A DNA stretch of 24,795 nt from assembly GCA_043805855.1 (NCBI GenBank), contig JAZDHP010000067.1:1-24795 (forward strand). The letters run 5' to 3'. Position numbers and translations under genes: made by a program. The notes beneath the pieces are model-generated. The model saw only the letters and a list, made by a program, of their open reading frames with translations, had not been told where the DNA came from and did no database searches. Positions 16,584-24,667 of this stretch are shown here, piece by piece. This DNA is from Candidatus Micrarchaeota archaeon. GTDB taxonomy: Archaea > Micrarchaeota > Micrarchaeia > Norongarragalinales > UBA8480. Each line of letters begins with the position of its first letter. The stretch's first letter is position 1.

Positions 16584-17564
16584 TTACGAAAATCTTTTTC
16601 TCTTAATTTCAATTAACCCTTTTTCTAAAGAAGTGAATTTAACTCCGAGAATTTTCTGCGCGGCCGTAGCGTCAAAATTGCGATTCCACGTTAACTGCTC
16701 AACATTATGTACACTAAGCGTAGAGCCGCGGCCAAATAACTTACGCATCGCAGAAGAAAACGCAGTATAAACCAAAGCCAAGTGAATTGAAATCCTCCCT
16801 CGCGGTAGTGGACAGTGAAAAACTTTACTAACTAAACGTAATGCTCGTTCTTGAGTTGGTTCAGGCCCGACAACATTGAAAACTCCACTAATAACTTTTT
16901 TATCGCCCTGCAAAAGCTTTTCTACACTATTCACAACTGCAACTGCTACATCTCGTTCAAACACAAGCGGAATTTTATTCTTTCCATTGCCAATTACCGG
17001 CATTTTACCGCGTCGCATCATTTCAATTACTTTTTCAAAACCACTCGCGAAATGCGAGCCGTAAATCATTCCAGGACGCAGCACAATCCAATGCAATTTA
17101 CTAGCAGTAACTATTTTTTCGCCTGCTAGTTTACTTTCGCCGTAAACGCTATCTGGATGCAGCGGCGCATTTTCGTTCAATTTTTTCTCGCCGTGGCCAT
17201 AAACCGAAATACTAGAGCAATGAATTAGTGGAATTTGCTCTTTTTCGCACGCTTCAACTACTTTGTGAGTTGCATCACAATTAACCGCGAACAAATCACG
17301 CTTTGAATTGTCAACGCCAACTAGCCCAGCTAAGTGAACAATAACTTGCGAACCGCGCAATAAATTACGAATTTCTCCCACGCTAGCCTTAGCTAGATCA
17401 ATTTTCAGTTGTTGAAACTTTGAAAATCGCGATGTATTTTCTCTTGAAATTAAACGCAAAGAAAAGCCAGCTTTGTCTAGCGCAGGTACAACAACTCTGC
17501 CTAAATTGCCACTAGCGCCTGTAATTGCTACCAACGCTTTTTCTTTTTTTTCTCTTTTTGTCAT
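16584..17564 (-). CDS. NAD-dependent epimerase/dehydratase (extended SDR)
   Basis: ITGASGNLG, HLAG, SSISVYG, YGESK (YxxxK) and LRPGMIYG. Start corrected to ATG 17564 to avoid overlap with the divergent gene. Confidence 0.9.
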   Translation of the reverse strand: MTKREKKEKALVAITGASGNLGRVVVPALDKAGFSLRLISRENTSRFSKFQQLKIDLAKASVGEIRNLLRGSQVIVHLAGLVGVDNSKRDLFAVNCDATHKVVEACEKEQIPLIHCSSISVYGHGEKKLNENAPLHPDSVYGESKLAGEKIVTASKLHWIVLRPGMIYGSHFASGFEKVIEMMRRGKMPVIGNGKNKIPLVFERDVAVAVVNSVEKLLQGDKKVISGVFNVVGPEPTQERALRLVSKVFHCPLPRGRISIHLALVYTAFSSAMRKLFGRGSTLSVHNVEQLTWNRNFDATAAQKILGVKFTSLEKGLIEIKRKRFS

Positions 17565-17602
17565 AACGAAGAGTATAAAAGAGTGTAATAAATAGCTTTG
17601 TT

Positions 17603-18868
17603 GTGGAATTACATTTTCTTGGAGGAGCAGGCGAAGTTGGAAGAAGCTGCGTTTCCCTTTCAAACGAAGATACGACAATTTACTTAGACTGCGGTTCGCG
17701 AATGAACGAACAAACTGAATTGCCTCTTTTTGCAAATGCAAAGCGGCCAGACGCAGTGCTATTATCTCACTCGCACTTAGATCACTGTGGTTCAATTCCA
17801 ATTCTCTACAAGCACGGCAGCCCAAAAACATACTGCACTACGCCGACGCTTGCAGTTTGCGATATCCTTTACGAAGATGTTCTGAAAATTGCAAAGCAGG
17901 AAAAACTACCGGCGCCGTTTTCACAAGCTGACTTGAAAAAAGCACATGACCACTTCGCGGCATTGGGTTACGAAAATGAGTTTAAATTAAACAATAATTT
18001 AAAATTCGAATTTATAGACGCAGGGCACATTATCGGCGCTAGCCAAATTCTAGTAAAAACAAAGAACACAAACTTGCTTTACAGTGGTGATTTTAAGCTA
18101 AAAGAAACACGAATGCACAACGGAGCGAAAATAGAAAAAAACGTCGATGTGCTAATTGTCGAAAGCACTTACGGCGACAAGAACCAAAAGGAACGCCAAG
18201 ATGTTGAAACAAAATTCGTAAACGACGTGCAGGAAATTGTAAACGACAACGGCACAGCGTTGATCCCATGCTTTGCAGTTGGCCGCACGCAGGAAGTTCT
18301 CTCACTGTTAAACGCTTCTAATTTCAAAGGAAAAATTTTCATCGACGGCATGGGCACTCGAGTCAACGAAATTTACTACCAATATTCAGGTTATTTGAAA
18401 AACGCAGCTGGCTTCAAAGCAGCGTTGCAACGGCTAGAAGTAGTAACAACTCGCGAGGATAAACGCGATGCACTCTCTGGAGGCAACGCAATAATTTGCA
18501 CCGCAGGGATGCTTGAAGGCGGGCCAGTACTCTCTTACTTGCAGGCGCTTGAGAAAAAAGAAACAAATGGAAAAATATTTTTAACTGGTTACCAAGTTAA
18601 CAACACTAACGGCCGGCGTTTGTTAGAAGGCAAGCCGATTGTAATAAAGGGCAAACCCAGAAAGTTACTGCGCGTTTCTCTACCTTTTAAATTGTACGAA
18701 TTTTCAGCACACGCGGACCAGCAAGAGTTGCTTGAATACGTTGAAAAAGTAAACGCGGAGAAAGTAATCTGCGTACACGGAGACGACACGCAATACTTCG
18801 CCGAATTATTGAAAGAAAAGGGGTTCAACGCAGTTGCACCTAAAAATGGCGAAAGGATAACTGTTTAA
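17603..18868 (+). CDS. MBL-fold beta-CASP ribonuclease, KH-less (aCPSF2-like)
   Basis: GGAGEVGRS, DCG, SHSHLDH, AGHIIG, YSGD, ESTYG, FAVGRTQE, FSAHAD and VHGD; GTG start. Confidence 0.92.
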   Translation: MELHFLGGAGEVGRSCVSLSNEDTTIYLDCGSRMNEQTELPLFANAKRPDAVLLSHSHLDHCGSIPILYKHGSPKTYCTTPTLAVCDILYEDVLKIAKQEKLPAPFSQADLKKAHDHFAALGYENEFKLNNNLKFEFIDAGHIIGASQILVKTKNTNLLYSGDFKLKETRMHNGAKIEKNVDVLIVESTYGDKNQKERQDVETKFVNDVQEIVNDNGTALIPCFAVGRTQEVLSLLNASNFKGKIFIDGMGTRVNEIYYQYSGYLKNAAGFKAALQRLEVVTTREDKRDALSGGNAIICTAGMLEGGPVLSYLQALEKKETNGKIFLTGYQVNNTNGRRLLEGKPIVIKGKPRKLLRVSLPFKLYEFSAHADQQELLEYVEKVNAEKVICVHGDDTQYFAELLKEKGFNAVAPKNGERITV

Positions 18869-18906
18869 TTCAATCTATTTACCAAATAAAAAAAGAGACA
18901 AAAGTA

Positions 18907-19560
18907 ATGTGGGTCGCTAAGATTAAAATGTGGCACGCTGGTTCAGCTAGTTTAGATTTAACCCACAAGTACAAAGTTACACTTACAGTGCATTATCTCA
19001 ACGCTTTTCAAGAAAAGGGAACAACTTGGATTAACCGCGCAATTGTAATTGAAGGAGAAGAAAAAGAAAAGGCGTTGCGAGCCATATTGCGAGAAGAAAA
19101 AAAGCGAATAAACGTAATTGAGACAAGCAACAGCCAAGTGATTTACAGCATTAAATGCAAAGACCAGTATCACATTACAATAATGGGAAACCGGACGTTT
19201 TTTGTTCGACCAATTGTTGTACGCGATGGATTTGAATTTTGGACTGTCGGCTCACACGACAAAAAGCAAATAGTTGAACTTGTAAAACAACTAAACTGTA
19301 CCGGAACTTCAAGCGCTGAAATGCTTTCACTTAGAAAAGGAAATCCTACATTCTACGCAGCAGCTGAAACCGGCAATTTAACTGAAAAACAAATAGACGT
19401 ATTTCGCTTAGCACACCAAGAGGGATACTACGAATATCCTCGGAAAACGGATTTGAACAAACTTGCAAAACTGGCTAAGCTTTCAAAAACCGCACTGCGA
19501 GCTTGCCTTCGCCGCGCCGAAGGAGCAATGCTCAAAAGCGCCTATAATTTATATAAGTAG
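18907..19560 (+). CDS. HTH_10 (Bat-like) transcriptional regulator
   Basis: C-terminal LTEKQIDVFRLAHQEGYYEYPRKTDLNKLAK...LRRAE, the HTH_10 signature. Confidence 0.9.
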   Translation: MWVAKIKMWHAGSASLDLTHKYKVTLTVHYLNAFQEKGTTWINRAIVIEGEEKEKALRAILREEKKRINVIETSNSQVIYSIKCKDQYHITIMGNRTFFVRPIVVRDGFEFWTVGSHDKKQIVELVKQLNCTGTSSAEMLSLRKGNPTFYAAAETGNLTEKQIDVFRLAHQEGYYEYPRKTDLNKLAKLAKLSKTALRACLRRAEGAMLKSAYNLYK

Positions 19561-19580
19561 CACATGCGCTACAGTTATAA
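19557..19580 (+). promoter_or_regulatory. Near-palindrome GTAGCACATGCGCTAC immediately upstream of TTATAA
   Basis: 14 of 16 positions are self-complementary (19557-19572), then 2 nt, then TTATAA (19575-19580). Confidence 0.55.
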
Positions 19581-19618
19581 TTTATTGTCAATTCAGCCAA
19601 AGAATCTATTAAAAAATA

Positions 19619-21088
19619 GTGAAAGAACGTATGAAAAAAGAATGGATTTTTATTGAACAACATTTTGACGCTCAGCTATACCCATATCACCTTTACATGG
19701 ACGCGCTCACGCACGACGGCTTCAAAACAATTGGCCGTAATTTAAAAGATGCGTGCTTGTTCTACGAAGACGGCGGCTTTGTTCAAACGTTTGAAAAGCA
19801 AGACTGGGCTCAACTGAGTTCCAAAGCATTTGAATACATAAACGATGCAAAGCGCGCTGCGCAAACTGCACAAAACGCACGTAAAGGCATAATGGAATTG
19901 TTCAAAGCTGGCCACGATATACGTAAAGCACCGCTAGAAAAAATGACTGGAGAAGAAATTACTGCGTTGCTTGAAAAGTTTAACCGCGCATTTACATCTG
20001 CCGCGCGCGGGGGTTTAGTATTTCCAGCTGCAGAGCACGAAAACGCGTTTGTATCAAAGAAAATAAAATCACTCATTGAAAAAAAGCTAGGCGAAAACAA
20101 CGCCAGCGTTAATCCCAACGACGCGTTTGAGCTACTAACGTATTGGCCAGAAAATACCTACGTTAATCGCGAGAAAGAAGACATGCTGAAAATAGCAGAG
20201 AAGGTAACCCGCGGCGCGAACCAAAACGAAATTGATAAATTAATAAAAAAACACACAGTTGATTTTAGCTGGATTGCATTTAGTTTTCAAGGCCCGCTGC
20301 TTGACGAAGCGTACTTCCGCGCGTGTTTAAAAGATGTTTTGAAAACTGGCGCAACACTAGCACAGTTTAAAGTTGAACAACGAGAAAAAGCCAACAAGCG
20401 GGAAGAACTACTTAAAAAACTCGATTTTAATGCAGAAGAAAAGCAATTGGCAAACGCGTTGGCTGAACTTAGTTTTTTGAAAGCGTATCGCAAAGACGCT
20501 GAGTTTCACGGCAACTACGCGCTTTCCCTAGTTTTCAAAGAAGTTGCAAAGCGTTTCAATATCCCCTTAACTCAAGCGCGTATGCTTCTTGCTGGAGAAC
20601 TTATAACTGCATTCAAAAGCGAAAAAATAGACTGCGATGAGCTGGCAAAGCGCAGTAAGCGATTTACATTTTGCTACGAAGATGGTAAACTTTCGCTTTA
20701 CTCCGGCGAAGATGCGCTGAAATTTAAAAATTTAGTTCCAAAGCAAGAAGTAGCAAATGTAACTGAATTGCACGGCGACGTTGCTTGCAAGGGAAAAGCA
20801 ATTGGTATTGTCAAAGTAGTCCATGGAAAAAATGACTATAGTAAATTTAATGACAGCGATGTGCTTGTAAGTATAGCGACGAACCCAAACATGGTTCCGT
20901 TGATGAAACGCTCCTGCGCGATTGTGACAGATATTGGAGGAATAACATGCCACGCCGCAATAGTATCGCGCGAGTTAGGTAAACCTTGCATTATTGGCAC
21001 GAAAATTGCCACCATTGCGCTGAAAGACGGTGAAAAAGTAGAAGTCGACGCTGAAAAAGGAATCGTTCGCAAAATTGTTTTAAAATAA
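19619..21088 (+). CDS. PEP-utilising mobile (phosphohistidine swivel) domain protein with a large helical N-domain and no ATP-grasp
   Basis: C-terminal VTDIGGITCHAAIVSRELGKPCIIGT and LKDGEKVEVDAEKG; start GTG 19619 or ATG 19631. Confidence 0.88.
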   Translation: MKERMKKEWIFIEQHFDAQLYPYHLYMDALTHDGFKTIGRNLKDACLFYEDGGFVQTFEKQDWAQLSSKAFEYINDAKRAAQTAQNARKGIMELFKAGHDIRKAPLEKMTGEEITALLEKFNRAFTSAARGGLVFPAAEHENAFVSKKIKSLIEKKLGENNASVNPNDAFELLTYWPENTYVNREKEDMLKIAEKVTRGANQNEIDKLIKKHTVDFSWIAFSFQGPLLDEAYFRACLKDVLKTGATLAQFKVEQREKANKREELLKKLDFNAEEKQLANALAELSFLKAYRKDAEFHGNYALSLVFKEVAKRFNIPLTQARMLLAGELITAFKSEKIDCDELAKRSKRFTFCYEDGKLSLYSGEDALKFKNLVPKQEVANVTELHGDVACKGKAIGIVKVVHGKNDYSKFNDSDVLVSIATNPNMVPLMKRSCAIVTDIGGITCHAAIVSRELGKPCIIGTKIATIALKDGEKVEVDAEKGIVRKIVLK

Positions 21089-21466
21089 TTTAACGCCTTT
21101 TACTCCTTTAAAGTCAGGATCTCCAGTTACGAGTGTTGCGCCGACGCTTTGAGCTGCGGCATAGGTAATTATATCAACTGCACTGAAATTTTTGCTCTTT
21201 TGTTTCAGTTCATCACGAATAACCGCCGCACTAACTGCTAGGTCAATAGAAACTTGCAAAACAATTGAATTATCAGCAATTATCTTAACTGCCTCTGCAG
21301 CTTTGTCAATGCCTTTATCTTGCTTCAGCCGGTAAAAAACTTCATAAACGTTAAGCGTAGTTGTGTACTTTTCGCAACCAACTACAAAGTCACGCACCTG
21401 CAACGCTTTTGGACCGTTTTCAAACACTTCTAAAAAAGCCCACGAGTCAAGCAACAATTTAGTCAT
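21080..21466 (-). CDS. vapC: VapC PIN-domain toxin
   Basis: LLLDSWAF, NVYEV, SAVDIITYA and TGDPDF; start ATG 21466 overlaps the antitoxin end. Confidence 0.9.
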   Translation of the reverse strand: MTKLLLDSWAFLEVFENGPKALQVRDFVVGCEKYTTTLNVYEVFYRLKQDKGIDKAAEAVKIIADNSIVLQVSIDLAVSAAVIRDELKQKSKNFSAVDIITYAAAQSVGATLVTGDPDFKGVKGVKLF

Positions 21467-21677
21467 CTTTTCCTTTATCCTCCTCATGTTGTTTTCTAAA
21501 CGCAGCCATGTCAATTCCTTTGTACCGTCCAATGCAGTCTTCAAAACGTGGGATTGGCTTTAAAATAACTTGTTCGTTTTTAACGTCAACAAGAAAACGA
21601 GTAGCAGAAACTTCCTTCCGCACAGCCTTTGGCAACAAAATTCGGCCAAACGAGTCCATAGTAACTACCATTTCCAT
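21459..21677 (-). CDS. vapB: AbrB/SpoVT-type antitoxin
   Basis: VTMDSFGRILLPKAVRKE...VILKP AbrB signature; GGAGG upstream of ATG 21677. Start uncertain. Confidence 0.85.
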   Translation of the reverse strand: MEMVVTMDSFGRILLPKAVRKEVSATRFLVDVKNEQVILKPIPRFEDCIGRYKGIDMAAFRKQHEEDKGKDD

Positions 21678-21684
21678 AAATTCA

Positions 21685-21755
21685 GCAAAACCTCCGGTTT
21701 TGTCTGAGTCACAAAGTTCCACTTTGTGCTCATTCACCAATTTTTTAGAAATTGG
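21685..21755 (-). promoter_or_regulatory. Three tandem inverted repeats in the antitoxin leader
   Basis: CAAAACC-tcc-GGTTTTG (21686-21702), CACAAAGT-tcc-ACTTTGTG (21710-21728) and CCAATTT-n5-AAATTGG (21737-21755). TATA-like TTTTTAAA just upstream on the minus strand. Confidence 0.6.
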
Positions 21756-21848
21756 CAAGTTTAAAAAGTTTGGCATTTTAATCAATAACCATAACGAACT
21801 AAAAATAGAAGATAATAACCTTGAAAAGAGTGGACGAAAAGAATAGTG

Positions 21849-22217
21849 CTACTCTAGAACTTCAACTGAAGGCAGTAGCTTCAATTGCTGATCTCCGGTT
21901 AGAAGCTTGCACTTTTTGTGCAATGCAGTTGCATAGATAAATGCGTCACTTGTTTTCAATCTATACTTTTTTCGTAAATCTGCAGCACTCAAAGCGATTT
22001 CTGCGCTAAGGGGTTCCACGACGCTTCGCGCCAACATAAAGTCTATCCATTTTTGAAACGGTTTGTTTTCTCGCATTAGCTTATTTTTCACTTCATAAAA
22101 CACCAGCGCCGGCGTTACTATAAGCTCAGTTGAGTCTTCTACAAATTTTTCTACGGCATCTCCAGTTTCGCCTTCAAGAAAATATTCAAACCAAGCATAA
22201 CTATCAAAAACAATCAT
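21849..22217 (-). CDS. vapC: VapC PIN-domain toxin
   Basis: VFDSYAW, VFYEV, TSDAFIYA and LTGD. Confidence 0.9.
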   Translation of the reverse strand: MIVFDSYAWFEYFLEGETGDAVEKFVEDSTELIVTPALVFYEVKNKLMRENKPFQKWIDFMLARSVVEPLSAEIALSAADLRKKYRLKTSDAFIYATALHKKCKLLTGDQQLKLLPSVEVLE

Positions 22218-22411
22218 TCAAACTCCTCATCGGGAATCTTAACGTCATCCAAGCTAAACCGCTTCAACGTTCCACGCATTGATTTTAACTTTCTTGTTGT
22301 AAAGAGCTGTTCAGCTGCAAATTCGTTCAACGCCTTTGAAATTCCCCGCCTTCCAAATAGCTCGATCAATTTCAGGTAAATGTCGTCATTGAGAATAACC
22401 GTAGTTCGCAT
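22214..22411 (-). CDS. vapB: Putative RHH-type antitoxin
   Basis: MRTTVILNDDIY...ISKALNE; ATGA overlap with the PIN gene. Confidence 0.75.
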   Translation of the reverse strand: MRTTVILNDDIYLKLIELFGRRGISKALNEFAAEQLFTTRKLKSMRGTLKRFSLDDVKIPDEEFE

Positions 22412-22415
22412 GAAG

Positions 22416-22436
22416 ATGTTTTATGCTTTATGCTTT
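22416..22436 (-). promoter_or_regulatory. Three tandem heptads AAAGCAT-AAAGCAT-AAAACAT
   Basis: Between the TATA-like TTTTAAA and the antitoxin ATG. Confidence 0.6.
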
Positions 22437-22488
22437 AAAAATGTTGTGGCTAAGAAAGTAGACGAAAGGAAAAAAACACAATAAGTTA

Positions 22489-23097
22489 CTAATGTACTAA
22501 CCGCTTTACAGCTAACTTCGCTGCTTTTTCAACTTCGTACAAATCCCGTTTAAATGCCCTTTCGCCGGCTGCGGTTTTTGGATGGAAATACGGATCTTTC
22601 AATGCCAAGCCGCGCGCTAACCGCGTGCGAAACGGTAACGTCCATTCGATTTTGTTTGCAAAACCTTTAAGCGTCCACGTTTTGTCCAAAATATGCCTAT
22701 GCATATTCGGCGCTTCGTCGGCAGTGAACTCAGCTGCAAGCGCAGCGTGGGAAGGAGAAATTGCCAGCAATATGTCTGCACCTTTTATATCGCTCTGCAC
22801 ATCATCGTCCGCAATATGCCTTCTACTATGAGAAGATAAGTCATAACCCATTATTGCGGCATGACCAGTTGTTCTAAACGAAGCTGCACCATGATGTTTA
22901 GCAGGAGAAACACTTGTGCCAAAAGAAAATACTCTAACATTGCGCAATCCAGCTTTTTCCAATTCTCTTTGCAACACCGCGTGCGCCAGAGGGCTTCGAT
23001 CGCCGTTGCCAGAGCAGAAAACCCCAATTGAAACAGGCTTCCCTTCAGCAATTTTTTTCCTAACTTCACTAACTCTACGCAATTTTGTAAAAACCAT
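22489..23097 (-). CDS. Low-molecular-weight protein phosphatase (LMW-PTP/ArsC fold)
   Basis: P-loop CSGNGDRS, S-x-GT, ADILLAI and LKDPY. ATG 23097 follows a GTGGTGA RBS. Confidence 0.85.
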   Translation of the reverse strand: MVFTKLRRVSEVRKKIAEGKPVSIGVFCSGNGDRSPLAHAVLQRELEKAGLRNVRVFSFGTSVSPAKHHGAASFRTTGHAAIMGYDLSSHSRRHIADDDVQSDIKGADILLAISPSHAALAAEFTADEAPNMHRHILDKTWTLKGFANKIEWTLPFRTRLARGLALKDPYFHPKTAAGERAFKRDLYEVEKAAKLAVKRLVH

Positions 23098-23122
23098 TTT
23101 TTTATTCACCACTTAAAATTTT

Positions 23123-24553
23123 TCACAATTTTCTTACAACGCCTTTATTTGCGTCTACTTCAATTAAGTCGCCGGTTTTAATTACCTTTGTCGCAACGTG
23201 CGTTCCAACTATACAGGGGATTTGAAGCTCACGAGCAATAATCGCGGCGTGCGACGTCATGCCTCCTTCGTCTGTAACAATTGCCTTTGCTATTTTTGCA
23301 ATTGAAATCATATTAGGCTGAGTCATCGTCGTAACTAGAATTTCACCTTTTTGAAAACTATTCATGTCAAGCGTAAGCTGCTCAACTCCAATTACTTTTA
23401 CAACACGCGCAATTCCCTGCACTTTTCCACGATTAGCAACAGCGCCAGTTAACTGCTCTTGTTTTTGACTTGCAAAATGCTCTGGTAACTTTAATTCAAT
23501 TAACCGCTTGGCTTTTTCACCGCTTGAAAAAATCACCTCCCCGTTTTCAACTTGAACAACGTAAAGATTTTTTCTATTCTTTAGCTCAACGGCACTAATC
23601 GTCGTTTCATTTACAAGATAAGCAATTAGCTCAGGAATTGAATAAACGTAAAAAATGTCATTTAAACTAACGTGCATTCGCTTTGCAACTTCTTTGAACA
23701 AACTTACAAAGCGCCACTCTGCACCGGCCCAGTAGTTTTTCAGCTCAAGGCGATCCCAGCCAATTTCGCGCAAGAACCACGCTGCCCGTTTGCCTTTATC
23801 GCTGAGATTCTTTTCTAGCTGAATTTGCTTTTTCTTTCTTTCACTTAGTTCAGTTTCCATTTCCGCGCGTAGCGAGTCATACGCTTTCAAAACAGCGAGC
23901 CTATTTCTAAGAAATTCAATGTTTTTTTCTTCGTTGTAACTGTTGTAAAATGAAATTGGAAACACAAAGGCGTGCTTGCGTAAATTTTCAGTTGTTGGAG
24001 CTTGTTTTAATTTCGCCAAGGCAAGTTCTTCTTTTTTAATCATGTCCAGCTTATCAGGAGAAGCTAAAATACTGGCATCTTCAACTGGATTTTTTGAACC
24101 AGCTCTGGAAAGTTCCTCTTGCAAAACTTTGTACGGAAAGTCGGTGAACTCAGCTTGCGACATTATGAAACAACGCATTAACTCCGCAAATCCATTTTCA
24201 TATTCCGACAAAAATTCAACTAGCTGTGCGTTGGTTAAATTAGCTAAGTTTAACGCGTTAACTTTTTGAAACAACTCTTCCATTTTACCCCTAGCGCTTA
24301 GACTACTCTGTAAAAACTCTTTTTGAAAACCAGCGTCAACGTATTTTTTAGAAAACTCTGCGCTTCGCCTAATATTTTCCTGCGAAACATAAGCAGTTGA
24401 GTCTCTCTTCTCGCAAGTGAAAATAAAATCTAAATCTTTGCCAATAAAATTACTGAGTTTTTTAACCGCCTCGCCCCAAAGGACAGATAACATCAGTGAG
24501 TTACTCTCACTCCACTGAAAAACAAACTGAGACATAAACTGTTTTGACCGCAT
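23123..24553 (-). CDS. Second PEP-utilising mobile-domain protein with a helical N-domain and no ATP-grasp
   Basis: VTDEGGMTSHAAIIARELQIPCIVGT and IKTGDLIEVDANKG; shares FKEVAKR with 19619-21088. Confidence 0.88.
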   Translation of the reverse strand: MRSKQFMSQFVFQWSESNSLMLSVLWGEAVKKLSNFIGKDLDFIFTCEKRDSTAYVSQENIRRSAEFSKKYVDAGFQKEFLQSSLSARGKMEELFQKVNALNLANLTNAQLVEFLSEYENGFAELMRCFIMSQAEFTDFPYKVLQEELSRAGSKNPVEDASILASPDKLDMIKKEELALAKLKQAPTTENLRKHAFVFPISFYNSYNEEKNIEFLRNRLAVLKAYDSLRAEMETELSERKKKQIQLEKNLSDKGKRAAWFLREIGWDRLELKNYWAGAEWRFVSLFKEVAKRMHVSLNDIFYVYSIPELIAYLVNETTISAVELKNRKNLYVVQVENGEVIFSSGEKAKRLIELKLPEHFASQKQEQLTGAVANRGKVQGIARVVKVIGVEQLTLDMNSFQKGEILVTTMTQPNMISIAKIAKAIVTDEGGMTSHAAIIARELQIPCIVGTHVATKVIKTGDLIEVDANKGVVRKL

Positions 24554-24667
24554 CTAATATTTTAACTAAATGCTAAAGCTCAGCTTTCGGACTAGAAGAG
24601 CAATAGCCTTTTTATGGACTGATTTCGTTAAGTGGTGTTACTAAACTAGAAGAATTAGGTGTCATTC

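Noticed and set aside
17565..17831. N-terminal extension of the epimerase ORF
   Set aside because: It overlaps the beta-CASP gene in antisense; the Rossmann motif begins just after ATG 17564.
22489..23097. Arsenate reductase arsC
   Set aside because: Lacks resolving cysteines and any ars context.
6627..24269. Antisense and alternate-frame track ORFs (e.g. 6627-7106, 7308-7868, 9282-9785, 13868-14260, 21508-21846, 23976-24269)
   Set aside because: Shadows of well-supported genes with no recognisable motifs.
19619..24553. ppsA/ppdK genes or pseudogenes
   Set aside because: Both ORFs are intact and of similar length, with no ATP-grasp or PEP-binding barrel and no adjacent frameshifted parts.
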